Of a stretch of DNA of 64,000 bases, positions 36,082 to 49,649 are shown in pieces. The position numbers were made by a program, and so were the translations under genes. How positions within the stretch are numbered: position 1 is the first letter of the stretch; each line of letters opens with the position of its first letter. The stretch lies in contig NC_043004.1 in assembly GCF_006345805.1 (NCBI RefSeq), forward strand, positions 38,626,001 to 38,690,000, read 5' to 3'. Source of the stretch: Octopus sinensis. Lineage: Eukaryota. Under the pieces are notes generated by a model that saw only the letters and a list, made by a program, of their open reading frames with translations, was not told the origin of the DNA and searched no databases.

Positions 36082-36844
36082 CTGAAAATATTCCAATATA
36101 TAATCATAAAAAATTTTGTAGGAATTTTATTTGGAATACATACAATACAATATTAAAAGAAAGGCATATAAGGCTCAAAGTATCAAGCAATTTGTTGGCG
36201 TCTGTGAAGTGGTAGATACATGATCCAAAACTATCAGTTGATGACTTTTTCGGTTTTTTTTTTTTGACAAAATTTTAAAAATCCATAAAATCTGCAGACT
36301 TCAACGCAGCTTTCATCATTCTTTCCCAGTCCAAAAGTGGGGAGCGCCTTTGAAAACTGGAATTGGCTATATTACCCTAAACCTCTCTCTCGCACATTCG
36401 AGCTACTCGCGTCTCGTCATTATTCACCAAATAAGAGGAAAAAAAGGAGAATTGAACTAGGAGCTAGTAACTGATATGCATAAAAAATACCTAGATGGCT
36501 ACAAAGGATCAGAGCAAAAGTATTTGCAGATATAATGGTAAGGGTCAAGGTTGTGATTTGCTGCATGGTCTGGAATAAAGTTTACAGACTATTGATTAAT
36601 ACTACTATAAGTTGAAAGTCTTGACATATACACACACACACACACACAAACATGCACGCACACCACTGACGCGTACTCACACAAACACACACGCTTATAT
36701 ATATATATATATATATATATGTTTGTATATATATGTAGATATATATACATGTATGTACACACACATATATATATATATTATATGTATATGGGTGTGGGAG
36801 TGTCTCCGTATGATATCTTATATGTGGATATATATATACATGTA

Positions 36845-36900
<56 letters not shown>

Positions 36901-36974
36901 TATATATGTATATATATATACATATAAGATATCATACCCAGACATTCCCACGCCCACATACACACATAAATATA

Positions 36975-37006
<32 letters not shown>

Positions 37007-37215
37007 AAGGGGTACTGAAAAGTTCCTGGTTTGGATCTTTGGGTAAAAGAAAATACAGGGGGATCAGTAATTATGATTTTATCCAACATACTTATTGCAG
37101 CAGCTCAGTTTTTGTAAACTCTGAAAGCAATTCAAAATGTTTGGGCCTCTAATTAGGCTTCAAATGAGGATTTTCCAGACACCCTTAAAACCAGTAATTC
37201 TTCAGCACGCCCTCG
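37007..37215. mobile_element. Mariner-derived MITE
   Basis: TA flanks; imperfect TIRs AAGGGGTACTGAAAAGTT and AATTCTTCAGCACGCCCTCG. Confidence 0.65.
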
Positions 37216-37277
37216 TATATGTACATACATACATACATACATACATCCATACATACATACATACATACATACATACA

Positions 37278-37310
<33 letters not shown>

Positions 37311-38062
37311 GCATACATGTACACACACATATAATAAACGAATAAACAATCAAATTTCTGAAATTACATCCATTTGCTTACAGCAAATGCCTGTATGTAA
37401 GTATATAGATATACGTACACACTCATATGAATCTAACTTTAGGAAACCGAAAACCACATCGCCTACTGACCCAGCCACTAACAAAACAGAGCTGTAAAAA
37501 ATCTCACTACTTCACACATCATACAATAAATGCCACCTACACAGCCACCGTCAGCGCCAAAGAAATCTCCCTGGGATCCCAAGCAATGGAATCGATTGAG
37601 AACCTAACGGCTTAATCATATTTTTGCTATGCCTGCATCCACACTACCAACATATTTCCTCAATTTCATATTAGTTTCACCTCTGTACATGAGAACATGT
37701 ACAATACCTAGCCGTATTTGTTTAGAAATATACGTTAACAAAGTAAAATAAAAATCAGAAATGCTTGTTGAAACTTAATTTTCCTTGGATCTGAGAACAT
37801 AAGGGTACCACAAACAAATTCTGAAATAAATGAAGTACACAAACATGACAGAAGTAAATAGGGAATTTTCTTAAATCTTCGTTCAGCTCCATTTCTTCCT
37901 ACACTCAATATATAAAACTTCAAATTTCCGCACTAAGGCACGGTTTTTATGCCCCATGGTCGTAACTTCAACCGTGCTTTTTCTGTTGTGATTTTTGCTA
38001 CCCAGGTATCGGTTATCATTTGAATTATCCGTAATAAGATAATTCATTTATCTACTTCAATA

Positions 38063-38109
<47 letters not shown>

Positions 38110-38112
<3 letters not shown>

Positions 38113-38168
38113 ACCGAAGATATGGTGTTGTGGATTTCCACTTCGGCATCTGAAACGCAGAGTTTTAT
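38110..38168 (+). ncRNA. Degenerate hammerhead-like motif abutting (TA)n
   Basis: AUAA-CCGAAGA-...-GAAA-C gcaga G-U-U-UUAU. Stem I has 4 bp and the core carries U4C. Confidence 0.4.
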
Positions 38169-38561
38169 CTTAACTACCGAGTAATGTAACATATTGTATA
38201 GATAAATTTCCTCTATTTACATAATATTGAGGTCTCTTTCTTTCTTTTGTTACCTTACCGTTTTATCAATATATATATATATATTATATATATATATATA
38301 TATGTAGAATATCTTTTGGGGAGGATATTTTGGGGTTATTTTGATGGTTGGGGCGGTTCATTTTATACTATTATAGGTATATTTTGCATCTTTTAATTTG
38401 CATTACTTTTCCAATTCTAATACAAATAAAACAAACCAAGCATCTTATTAATTTTTCTTCTCCATTTTCTTTTATTGATGTTTTAATTATATATATCGAT
38501 TTATTGACTTTTAAATTATTATATATGCATGTACGCACATGCATGCGTGTGTCAACATTCC

Positions 38562-38762
38562 AAGAAGAAGAAGAAGAAGAAGAAGAAGAAGAAGAAGAAG
38601 AAGAACAAGAAGAACAAGAAGAAGAACAAGAAGAAGAACAAGAAGAAGAAGAAGAAGAAGAAGAACAAGAAGAACAAGAAGAACAAGAAGAAGAACAAGA
38701 AGAAGAAGAAGAAGAAGAAGAAGAAGAAGAAGAAGAAGAAGAAGAAGAAGAAGAAGAAGAAG
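38562..38762 (+). repeat. (GAA)n tract with regular CAA interruptions
   Basis: About 200 bp of GAA/GAACAA; this tract produces the spurious poly-E/K/R/S/L ORFs. Confidence 0.98.
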
Positions 38763-39093
38763 CTTTGTTAAGAAAAAGGTTACGTGCAACGGAAGAATGA
38801 GCTTGAGGAATGAAAGAGCGAGCCGAAGGAAAAAAGAGGAGAAAAACTAAGATAGGCAAACAGGAAAATGTTTTTTTAAAAATTAATGAAATACATTAAA
38901 GAAACAGTAATTCAAATAGTTTGCTGAAGTTGTTTAAAGTATATGTAAACAAACTTTGAGCTAAATGATATATCGAATGTCAATAGAATGCATTGAAATA
39001 TATACATTTTAATGCAATATATTTACAGTGATTTAAAAGCAAATTAGCAGTAGGTTGAGGCAGATTGAGTCAAATAACATACTTTAGAAAATA

Positions 39094-39536
39094 CTAGCAG
39101 TATAGCCCGGCGTTGCTCTGGTTTGTTTTTTAGTTGCACTTAAAACGGCAGACTTTGATATCGCGTTAACAAAGTTTTGACATAGTTTCAATTTTTTTTG
39201 AAAAGTAAAAGTTTTGTATTATGTAGCTTGTGTATTCTCTTTAAGTGAACATTTTTCTGGTTGAAATACACCGAAAAAAGGCGACACAGCAGTCAAAATA
39301 TCGTAAAAAATAGGGATTTCCATAGAAAAAAAGCACCTTTTTGATGTAAATAATTTTTGGTCTTAACATGGTCCGATTTGAATTCTTTTCTTCTACGGAA
39401 TGAAGAGCAAGTCTTCTTCTATCATACTTTCAATTTTGGTTAACTTGCGCCGCAGGGTCTCGGAAAAGATAGTGTTAGTTGAAGGCTACCAAACCTGCCA
39501 CACACACACAGACAACTTCAGCTTTATATGTATAGA
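39094..39536 (-). mobile_element. Non-autonomous Helitron (443 bp)
   Basis: Minus strand: A|TCTATACATATAAAG 5' end, then the CCAGAGCAACGCCGGG hairpin region and CTAG|T 3' end. Confidence 0.85.
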
Positions 39537-39629
39537 TTTGTGAGTGCATAAACGTGAAAGGAAGCATAGAATGGCATGTAATTCCTTGATGTATTTTGCG
39601 GAATGCTTATACAGAAGAAGGAAACTATT

Positions 39630-39808
39630 ATAACGTAAGCACAGGTTTGGTTGTATGACGAGTAGTTTGCTTCCTAGCAGCATGTTTTCGGGTTCAGTGT
39701 GACTTCTTGGCACTTGAGCAAGCGTCTTCTTCTATAACATCGGGTCGACCAAACGTCTGAGAGTGTGTTTTGTAAACGGATGCTGAAACAAACCCGTCGT
39801 ATACATAC

Positions 39809-39907
<99 letters not shown>

Positions 39908-40095
39908 TGTGTGAGTGTGTGTGTGTGTATTTGTGTACGGATTATCTTTTTTATACTTGCTCTCTGCTATCACTTGGCAAACGGTGTTGTATTACTTACG
40001 TCTCCATAAACTTGCGATTCGGCAAAAGATGGGGATAGCATAAGTCCCACGCCTTAAAGTATGTAATGGATCGGTTTGTTCAACTAAAATCTTTC
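39630..40095 (+). mobile_element. Degenerate SINE family B
   Basis: Decayed head, internal (TG)n and decayed tail. Confidence 0.65.
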
Positions 40096-40926
40096 GAAGG
40101 AATGCTTCGTAAATAGTTCGTAAATACAGAATAGTTGATTGCCCATTGGTTTGAATGTAAACATTTTCTAACTAATTCAGAAATTTGACAAGCTTTAACT
40201 GGGACACGTAATCGTGTTCTCTCTAGACGTAACGAAGCCATTAAGCGCTTACAAACCAAAGGTTCCGACAGATTTTGGGAAATAAGAAATCAGGAAATCC
40301 ACATAGGAGCAGAAAATACTTGGCAAAATCGTGCGTTTAACAAATTTGCTTTGAAACCAACCAACCACGATCTGATTTCGACGTAAATGTGAGGCATACA
40401 GATCTTAGGTAGTTTAATCAATACGTTTTACGTAGGATTTGGTACGCAAACTGTACGAAATCTCGTCGAGCGTCTATGTATGTATGTATGCATGCATGTA
40501 TGTATGCATGTATGTATGTATGTATGTATGTATGCATGTATGTATGTATGTATACATGTATGTATGTATGCATGTATGTATGTATGTATGTATATATTAT
40601 CTATGTATGCACACGAGCGCAAACACACACAGACACACACACATATATCCATCGGTGTTCCTATGAGCATATATGCATACAATCATGTGCTTCTCTTACA
40701 ACATTAGAGCAGTTAGCTCTTGTTTCTCAGCCCCATTTACTGACGATTATATTTTTTTTCCTTCGTGATAACATATTGCGCATGGCTGTTTATGTGTGTG
40801 TGTGTGTATGTATATGTATATGTGTGTGTGTACGTATGTGTGAACTTGTGTAAAAAAACGATCTAACATAAAACTGAAGATTTCCTACAATGTACTTTCA
40901 TTAAAATCTTACAAGGGAAAGTCAGC

Positions 40927-40969
40927 GGCGACTTACAGGTTTCAGCTTACTCGCCTTCATCAGATTGCC
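40927..40969 (-). ncRNA. Hammerhead-like motif with an intact core but weak stem I
   Basis: CUGAUGA-AG gcgaguaag CU-GAAA-C cuguaa G-U-C on the minus strand. Confidence 0.4.
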
Positions 40970-41250
40970 ACTCACACACATATGTACATCTGTATGTGTG
41001 CGTGTGTAAGCGTGTGTGTATGTATGTGTAAGCGTGCATATGTTGAGCCCCGTTATGTCATTTTGCATAGCAGATTGTCAATTAGAGAGTTGATGAAATA
41101 AATACAAAAACTGAAACAAATACTCTAACATATACGATGGATTAAAAAGTTATGTATGAGCATGACAGCAGGGCTGTATCTGAAACCACAAAATATAGAA
41201 CAATGAAGAGTAATAATTTTACAAGCAATAACACCTAAATAATTTCTTAC

Positions 41251-41258
41251 TTTTCCAT
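41251..41258 (-). CDS. Candidate start-codon exon end of the M13 peptidase
   Basis: caatATGGAAAA|gtaaga gives the phase-2 donor needed by the TM exon (M-E-N-PEKPK...). It has A at -3 and an in-frame stop upstream. There is no homology support. Confidence 0.35.
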
Positions 41259-43790
41259 ATTGCCTGAATAGATTTGGACGTTTTCCTTTGGTTGGTAATC
41301 GTTGGCGTTAAACTTTTAAAACTCCCAAGTGTTCAGTCGAGATATGCTACGGTTTCCAAGTGCAGTCGTGTGTTAGTGAATAGCTAATGTAAAGTAATAT
41401 TGTCAGAGAACGACGAATATAGAAAGGGTGTGGGTGTGAACTAGGATTTAGCTTTTCACTGAATCTTGCTATAAATGAAACGCATTTTACATATGTATGC
41501 AAGGATTTTTTTTTATTTATTTACTACTTTTTTACTTTTAGGCTTTCATGAAAATCAGAGAATATAAAAGATCGTAAAATATCGTATTTATTTTCTTTCT
41601 TTCACACAAAAGAAGAAAAAAGCTGCGCGTTATGTTTGCATAATTATATACTTATAGTTTATAGTTGAAAAAAAATCGCTATTTTTTGACAAAAAATAAT
41701 CTTGTTATGTTGCAATACAAGTATTTAAGTTTTCTTGACCTTAATACATTCTGATTAAAGCAAATATATCTCCCATTGATTCATGTGATTCTACACTGAG
41801 TAGAACTATGAGTCAGAACTTTTTGACAAGAATTGCCTCCGTTAGTTTTGTACAAAGGCGTTATTCAGGCGATTACAGAGCAGTTTTCCCTACACAATAG
41901 CGATGTTAAAGCACCACATCCATTCTTTTGACTGGCCCCACTCCTCAGATTATGCCCATGCTGGAGCACCATTTTCGATAATATCGTCCTCATTGCTTAT
42001 TTTGTAACCTGGAATATACTTTTTTTTATTTCTGTTAATCAAATAGCTGTTACCTTACTACATATATTGTTACGACTCATCATATCCTTTCATACTGGCA
42101 TACACGAATGAAGACATACAAAGAACATATATATTTTTCGTACAAATCACCAGTCAGTTTCAACATGTCAGATTTTATTTCTAGTCCCGCACACGAAGTC
42201 ATCGAAATTTTCCTTTTCCCTGTGTATATATATATGTGTGTGTGTGTGTAAATGTATATTTATATGTATATGTGTGTGCATATGCATGTATATGTGAACT
42301 ACAAATTTATATATAACTGGGCACTTCTCTTTCAAACATTATGTTGAAGAAGCAGATTTATGCAGGGTATTTATTATTATTTATATCATTAATGATTTAA
42401 TAATAGCATCTTCTTCATCTTCATATTAAGAGTACATTGATGTCGTTTTTAACTCCATTAATGATTCAATCTACGCAATTCCATCCACGGAGTGTGGTCG
42501 AGTCAAGGCTACAGTAGAATATACTTGCCAACGTAACGAGAAGATATATCGAATCCGGAGCGATACGATTACGATCGTAATTGCAATCTCACTATTTTGG
42601 CAGCTCTAGTAGTTATTATATCACTAAAACAAATATTCCTTCATAACGGTTACTTTCCAAAATAAAGATAACTCATCTATGAACTACCTCGAATGAATAT
42701 CATTGAATTAAAGGCTGAGAATTTAAAGTTAATTTGCACCAACGTAAACGCAGATATAATTCTGTCTTCGATACAACCTTTGAAAGAATAGTGTCCGTTT
42801 CTATGAGCTAGAAAGTTATAACCGTACGTAAATTTTAAATCAAATTCTAAAGTATTAACAATTATATAGCAGGCATTGACGTCTAAGCAGAATATTCAAC
42901 ACTGATGTTTAAACTAAACCGCATTTATACTTATATTCGTCTAATGTTTCTTCTTCCATAAACATTAGCAGAAAATAGAGCAACTTAAGTTATATTATAC
43001 GCTTCTTGTTAACAAGAATGTGCAAGAGAAACAACCAAATAATGAGAATAAGAGAATTAAGAAAACTATTTAACCAGTGTATTATATCTATGTTTGTCCT
43101 ACATGCAAGTTGAAAGGATTCTAGACAGACATTAAATAGATTACGGTATATTATTTTGTTATAAAGAAAACTACGAGTAAAGTAAATCAGTGTAAACATA
43201 GCTAATGACAGTAACACGATACCCTGAAAAACATGAGTTCACATAGAAACCATTGAAAGTAAGATAAATAACTTATTCTCAGTGGCTTCAATACAAAAAC
43301 TAATTCTATCCCGATATTCATTTCATAAATGATACGTAGTCGGGTAATTCAGCTAACGAAGGTGAACCTTAGTTAGTTAAACCCTTCATGGTCTCTCCAG
43401 CTCTTAGAAAAAGTAGCGAAATCCTCTTCAAAATTTTTCATCCGCATTTACGTTAGATCTAGGTGAACATAAGATGATGAGAAGGTCAGTGCTGGAATGC
43501 ATCTAATCATAGGTCGTTACCTTCAGGTTTCTTTTCACCTGTAGCTTATACAAATAGCATCAGCAGCAACAACAACAGTTACTACTTCTACAACTAAGAC
43601 ACCAAGGCCTTATATTTGTAAATAATTATATAAACAAAAAAAGTTCGATAGCTGTAATAATTTTCTTCAAATTCTTTATGATCTGATGTATCAGACAAGC
43701 TATGATGAGTTATATTCAACTACAATAAAATAAGACATTTCATATAAGCTTTCATTCTTGATAATTATTATTATTATTGTTTCGTTGTTG

Positions 43791-43866
<76 letters not shown>

Positions 43867-43917
43867 CATTATTATTATTAATTTGGTAAATTTGATGATG
43901 ATGAATACGACGGCGTC

Positions 43918-43954
<37 letters not shown>

Positions 43955-44047
43955 ACAACGACGATGGAATTTCAAGTGCTGCTGACAAGGAGTCGACATG
44001 ATCACCACGATTATACTACCATGCTACTGCTTATCTGTTGGTAGTAC

Positions 44048-44126
<79 letters not shown>

Positions 44127-44129
<3 letters not shown>

Positions 44130-44275
44130 GTAGATATGTTTCGACCAAAGATTCGTCCAGGCCATCTCTAACTTAATAGCATCACCTGATAGGATTATCT
44201 AAATCCTGTTTAAGTCAAGTTTTGTTTATGGTCCATTCAAGTAGTAAGTTCTTGTAGTAATGTGTACGTAAAAAT
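44127..44275 (-). mobile_element. Solo 3' end of the CR1-type LINE family, abutting (TA)n
   Basis: Aligns by eye to 47985-48125. Confidence 0.7.
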
Positions 44276-45377
44276 AATTTATCAAAAAGTTACGAATTTT
44301 TTCAGAAGAAAATAAACTTATGTAAAGTTATGTTCTTATATTATTTTCATGTATTCATGAGTTCGGAAAAACCCCAGAAGAACCGTAAATAAGATATTAT
44401 TTTAATAAAATTTACCAAAGATATTATTTTTAAAAACCGTTATTCACTCGTTATAAGCCAATGGCAAATCTGTTTATGCAAATAAGATCAGCTTTACGAT
44501 AAATTTATTCAATGTATACCAAATCATATATTATTTTCTTTTACATATTTAAAGCATAAGTCAAATGCATTTAAGACAAAATCAAAATTATATAATAAAA
44601 ATTTATACTTCATACCATTAAATTATACAATATAATATTATATTATATACAATATAATATACTTTTTTTGTGTTAATGAAATTAGAATAAATATAATTAT
44701 TCATTTAAAATTACAGTCAAGTAAATAATGACTCGTTTTAAACATCTGTTATATCAAAAATGTGCATCACGTGATAAGTATGGATAAACAACACCTAAAA
44801 ATGGAACGATAAAATGAGAGAAAATCTGAGAAAAGGCGAGAAAGAAGGAGATATAAAAGGTGGAAGACTGAAAACCGGAAAAGAAAAGATAACAGTAAGA
44901 CGCAAAAGGGGAGAGCCATTTCTTCTTAGGAAGAGTCATTTCCTGTTAGACCTTAAAATATAAGGTTGGTACAGTTGTTCAGGAAACGGTGCCACATTCC
45001 AATTCGTCAACAGGAACTAAGCCATATGCTTACAGCTTAATGGATGCGAACCATTGGTCAATCAATGACTGGCCATCCAACTAACTTTCTGTAAACACAT
45101 TACTGCTGTCACATTTAGGGTGTGCTTTCTTTTTCGGATATATGATCACCTGATGATGTATGTATGTAATACATACATACATACTATGTATGTATGTATG
45201 TATGTATGTATGTATGTATGTATGTATGTATGTATGTGTGTATGTGTGTGTGTATGTATGTATGTATGTGTGCGTATGTGTGTGTGTGTCTGTATGTGTG
45301 TGTGTGAATGTGTGTGTGTATATGTGTGTGTATATGTATGTATGTGTATGTATGTATGTATGTATGAAGTAATTGTT

Positions 45378-45845
45378 CTACATATTAATTATTGAATGAC
45401 GATAGAGGAAGAATTTTTTTGCGTAATTAATTCTATTGATTAAACTGTTCGGATTAATAGCTCTCACTGAAACTGTAAAGTTGACTCCGTAATTCATGTT
45501 ACATTTACTAAAGTGTATTTTAAAAATAAATAAAGTAAATAAATGCGCCCTTTTAAATCCTAGCCAGGGACATGGGCGCGGTTTCCCGGTTTCTATGGCG
45601 TATGTGTTCTCCAGCTGGACGGGACGCCAGTCCATCGCAGCGTTACTCATTTTTGCCAGTTGAGTAGACTGCAGCAACGTGAAATGAAGTGTTTTGCTCA
45701 AGAACACAACGCGTCGCCCGGTCCAGGAATCGAAACTACAATCTTACGATTATGATGCTGACACCCCAACAACTAAGCCACGCGCCTCCACTTAGAAGCT
45801 GGTTATTAGTATTGCCTTACCTAATGGAAATCATTAGACACACAC
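45378..45845 (+). repeat. Non-coding segment duplicated at 56647-56880 (this copy is interrupted by SINE C)
   Basis: Shared blocks TTTTTTGCGTAATTAATT..ATTGATTAAACTGTTC, TGTAAAGTTGACT.CGTAATTCATGTT and AGAAGCTGGTTATT...TTACCTAATGGAAATCATTA. Confidence 0.85.
45521..45792 (-). mobile_element. tRNA-derived SINE family C (V-domain-like central motif)
   Basis: Head GTGGAGGCGCGTGGCTTAG, B-box-like GTTTCGATTCC, motif GCGATGGACTGGCGTCCCGTCCAG and an (ATTT)n-like tail. Confidence 0.8.
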
Positions 45846-47269
45846 ACACACGCTTGAGTCTAACTAGTGACAGCTGATGACCGGGGACTTTTCCTTATTT
45901 TCTTGTTATAATTTTATGTTTTTCCCGTTTCTACGTCCTGTTGTGGTGTCCTGTACTCACGTATATTTATTTATATATGCATGTATATATACATGTAGAT
46001 GTAGGTACGTACATATATGTTTGTATGTATGCATATATTTTAATTATTACATTATATATATATATATATATACATATATACGACGGGCTTCTTTCAGTTT
46101 CCGTCTACCAAATCCACTCACAAGGCTTTGCTCGGCCCGAGGCTATAGTAGGACACACTTGCTCAAGGTACCACACACTGGGACTGAACCCGGAGCCATG
46201 TGGCTGGTAAGCGAGCTACTTACTACACAGCCAACCCTGTGTCTATATATATATTCATTGGATATAGGGTCTATAGGCTATATATAATCAGTGGATCGTG
46301 ATTATATAAAAGTTAAGTAAGTACGTATGTATAAATGTATGTATGTATATGTATATATATATATATATATATATGTATATGTATATATGTATGTGCGTGC
46401 GCGTACATGTGTGTTTATGTATGCATGTGTGTATGTATATATTTATATGTTCCAAGGTTTTAAAGCAGGAAATGGTAGTGGGGAAAACACCTTCTAGGAA
46501 ACTATCTCGTAATGCGTGCATCGTATATAACCTCTGACAACTAAGTGCAGCTCCTGGCCTGCTCCACGGCTAGACATTAGCCTGGCTGGAACTGCTTCCT
46601 AGTAAGAGGAGGAGGAGTAAGAGCGGATAAGTAGCGACAGGAATCCAGTTGTATAGGGGTAGCTGGAGCTCGTTAACTTGACAGTCCGTTCGTCTAGTAG
46701 AAGACTATTCCGATATAAAACTACAGCTGCCGGCGTGCGCAATTCGTTCGGCTAAAGTCTTTGAAGGCGGTGCCCCAATAATGCCGTATACTCATGACCG
46801 AAACGGGTAAAATATAAAGGTATATACATATACAAATGTATGTTGATTTGTCTATATTACATAAGAATAACAAGTACGAAGATACATATTTCTCCAAATA
46901 AAACCAAATACTAAGGTGAAGCAAATATATAATGAACAACGATTTAACATCTATTTGGCTGAAAACCTCAGTGTTGAATGCATTATGTGCGTAAGTATAC
47001 GGGATATCTGAGTGGACACATGTTTGAACACGTGAATATATTTTATATGCATGAAAAGACATATATCTGTCATTTTTTTTTTATCATGAAAACTTACCAT
47101 GTTGAAATTTTATTTTCACTTGATTAACTTGTATGTTTGTTTATTTGCATACTTTTGCAAATAAAATATAGCTGCTATATTTTATTTTTAAGAACAAATG
47201 ACACGCCTTTTCCGCAGGTTTTCACTAATTGCAATAGGTACCTGCTAACTCTCGAGCAGAAGTAATACG

Positions 47270-47321
<52 letters not shown>

Positions 47322-47857
47322 CTAGACATCTGTAGATCATCGACAATGGGTCATTTGAAAGGTTAAAGTAGTTGAACAGGTTAGCAGTTGAATAGAATGG
47401 AACAATGCCAAATGAAACAGCATATTCATAGTTGCATCACACCGAACCACCTGACCCAAACGAATCGAACAGGTGGCACGATGATCGCAAAATTAATGCT
47501 TAACAATGAGTTGACGTAACGTGTGTGTGTTGGGGGTATATATTTCTATATGTATAGAAATATATACATCAGATACATGAATACACAAACAGATAAGCTA
47601 ACCACCCATACAAGATGCCACCCCCGGATATCAGAAATAACCTGCACCACTCCAACATATTCTTTTCAATTCACGGTTGAAAGCACTCACTCTGTAAATG
47701 CGTGTGTATGTATGTATGTATGTATCTATTTATAAATATATCTATATGTATACACACACACACATATATATATGTATGTATGTATATATATATATATGTA
47801 TATATATATATGCATATATATAACATATATATACACACATCTATATACATATATATT

Positions 47858-47902
<45 letters not shown>

Positions 47903-47984
47903 TATATATATATCTACATACATACATATAGATATATATACACATACATACATACACAAACACACACACACATATATATATATA

Positions 47985-49560
47985 ACTTAGATATATTTCG
48001 ACCAAAGTTTGGTCCAAGCCATGTCTGACTTAATACCACAAGCTGATAGGATTAGATAAATCCTTTTTAAATCAAGTTTTGTAGTATCATGATCAATTCG
48101 AGTAGGGAGTTCTTATTGAGTGAGTTGTATCCAGGTAAAGGTGGCTTATCTGATACTCCTTGGAGAAATTTGCCCAGATTCCGTTTAAAGGTAATCAGAT
48201 ACTTTTCCTCTTTGATCTACTTCGGGACCAACGTTAAATAGGGCAGGGCCAGTTGAAGAATAGAAATTGTGTAGCAGTGTATTTGTGTGCTGGGATTCTT
48301 AACAGGGTAGGGGACGTATGACCTGTGGTCGTAGCCTTCGATGAATTTTGAAGCTAATGTTGAGGTCATCTGGGTAAAGCTGGTGGTATCTTCTCCACAT
48401 CATGCAAATGATTTATCGCTTACCTCGGCACTGAAGTGGACAAAATTTCAATGCTTTAAGGTGACCCTAGTAATCGAGATCAGTCATGCCCTTAATTCTT
48501 TTAGTGGCCTCTGGGATGATTCAATTTTCGAGATGTTTAGTTTTATATGTGAAGACCACGGGGAGCAGCAGTATTCGAGGTGTCGACGTAAAAAGGAGGA
48601 GAAAAGAGGAATGATGTCACCTAGTTCTCTGGACCAGAAGTTTCTTAGGATCCACGAGTTCATCCTACGAGCTATATCAACCTTATTGTTGATGTGGGCA
48701 CTCCAGCTGAGATTGTTATCAGCAATTATTCCTAGGTGAATGATATTCTTAGATGCTGTGAACCGTTTCCCTGAAAGAAGAGAGTGTGGCTGTTTTAATA
48801 TAGTCTTTCTTCCAAAATGCATCAGTTCAAATTTTCCCTCGTTTAGTTGCATTTCGTTTTTGTCTGCCCATTGACTAAAAGCATGTAGATCAGACTGGAG
48901 TTCAGTTCAGTCTTCTTCATTTATAATTTTCTGGGGCTGAAAGTCATCGCCGAATATTTTCACTTTGCTATGTTTTATGACGCTGGAAAGGTCGTGCATA
49001 TAGACTATAAATAGTCTATATTTTGCTGGGCTTGAGTGGATTCCACCGATCACAACATGTGTTCTGTTCTCCAGAAAATACTCAGTCCTGTGTTGAAGTT
49101 TTCCACGGATACCAAAATTTGACAACTTCAACAGTAGGATATTATGGTCGACTATGTTGAGCGCTTTGCTGAAGTCAAGATATATGACATCAGAATTCGA
49201 ACCTGATTCCAAGGCTTTAAATATATCCTCGGTGTAGTGTAAGCGCTGTATTAGACAGCCCCTGCCGCATCAAGAGCCATGGTGGTTTGAATATAGGAGA
49301 TTGTGGTTCTCCGAGAAGACAGCTATCCTTGATCTCACCAATCTTTCAAATACTTTAATGATACGTGGGGTGAATGAGATTGGGCGATAGTTTACTGCGA
49401 GGGATCTCTTTCCTTGTTTGAAAACAGGGATGTCAGATTGGGATAAAAGCAGTTTCGGTATATTTTCTGTCTGAAGGATTTCTCCAGAGGCTGGTTAGAG
49501 GCACTGCAAGTTAGTATCTACATTCCTTCGGGAGACTAACGGGAAATCTATCAGGGCCTA
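47985..49560 (-). mobile_element. CR1/L2-type LINE, 5'-truncated, RT plus 3' UTR
   Basis: NYRPISFT, DVIYLDFSKA..VDHNILL.KL, IFGDD, LNEGKFELMHFG, HLGIIADNNLSW and HLEYCCSPW. Both ends lie near (TA)n. Confidence 0.92.
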
Positions 49561-49584
49561 CAACAGGACAGTATTGATCTCATT

Positions 49585-49646
<62 letters not shown>

Positions 49647-49649
49647 GCA

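Noticed and set aside
37735-37923. Hydrophobic minus-strand ORF (IPYLLLSCLC...) as an alternative TM exon
   Set aside because: It has no usable donor, and the 35936-36081 exon is a much better signal anchor.
46540-46720. HDV-like ribozyme (GCC-ugcuccac-GGC resembles P3/L3)
   Set aside because: No matching P1, P1.1 or P2 could be found.
47995-48025. Hammerhead reading of ...GACCAAACTTTGGTC-GAAAT
   Set aside because: There is no CUGANGA upstream; it is better explained as a LINE 3' stem-loop.
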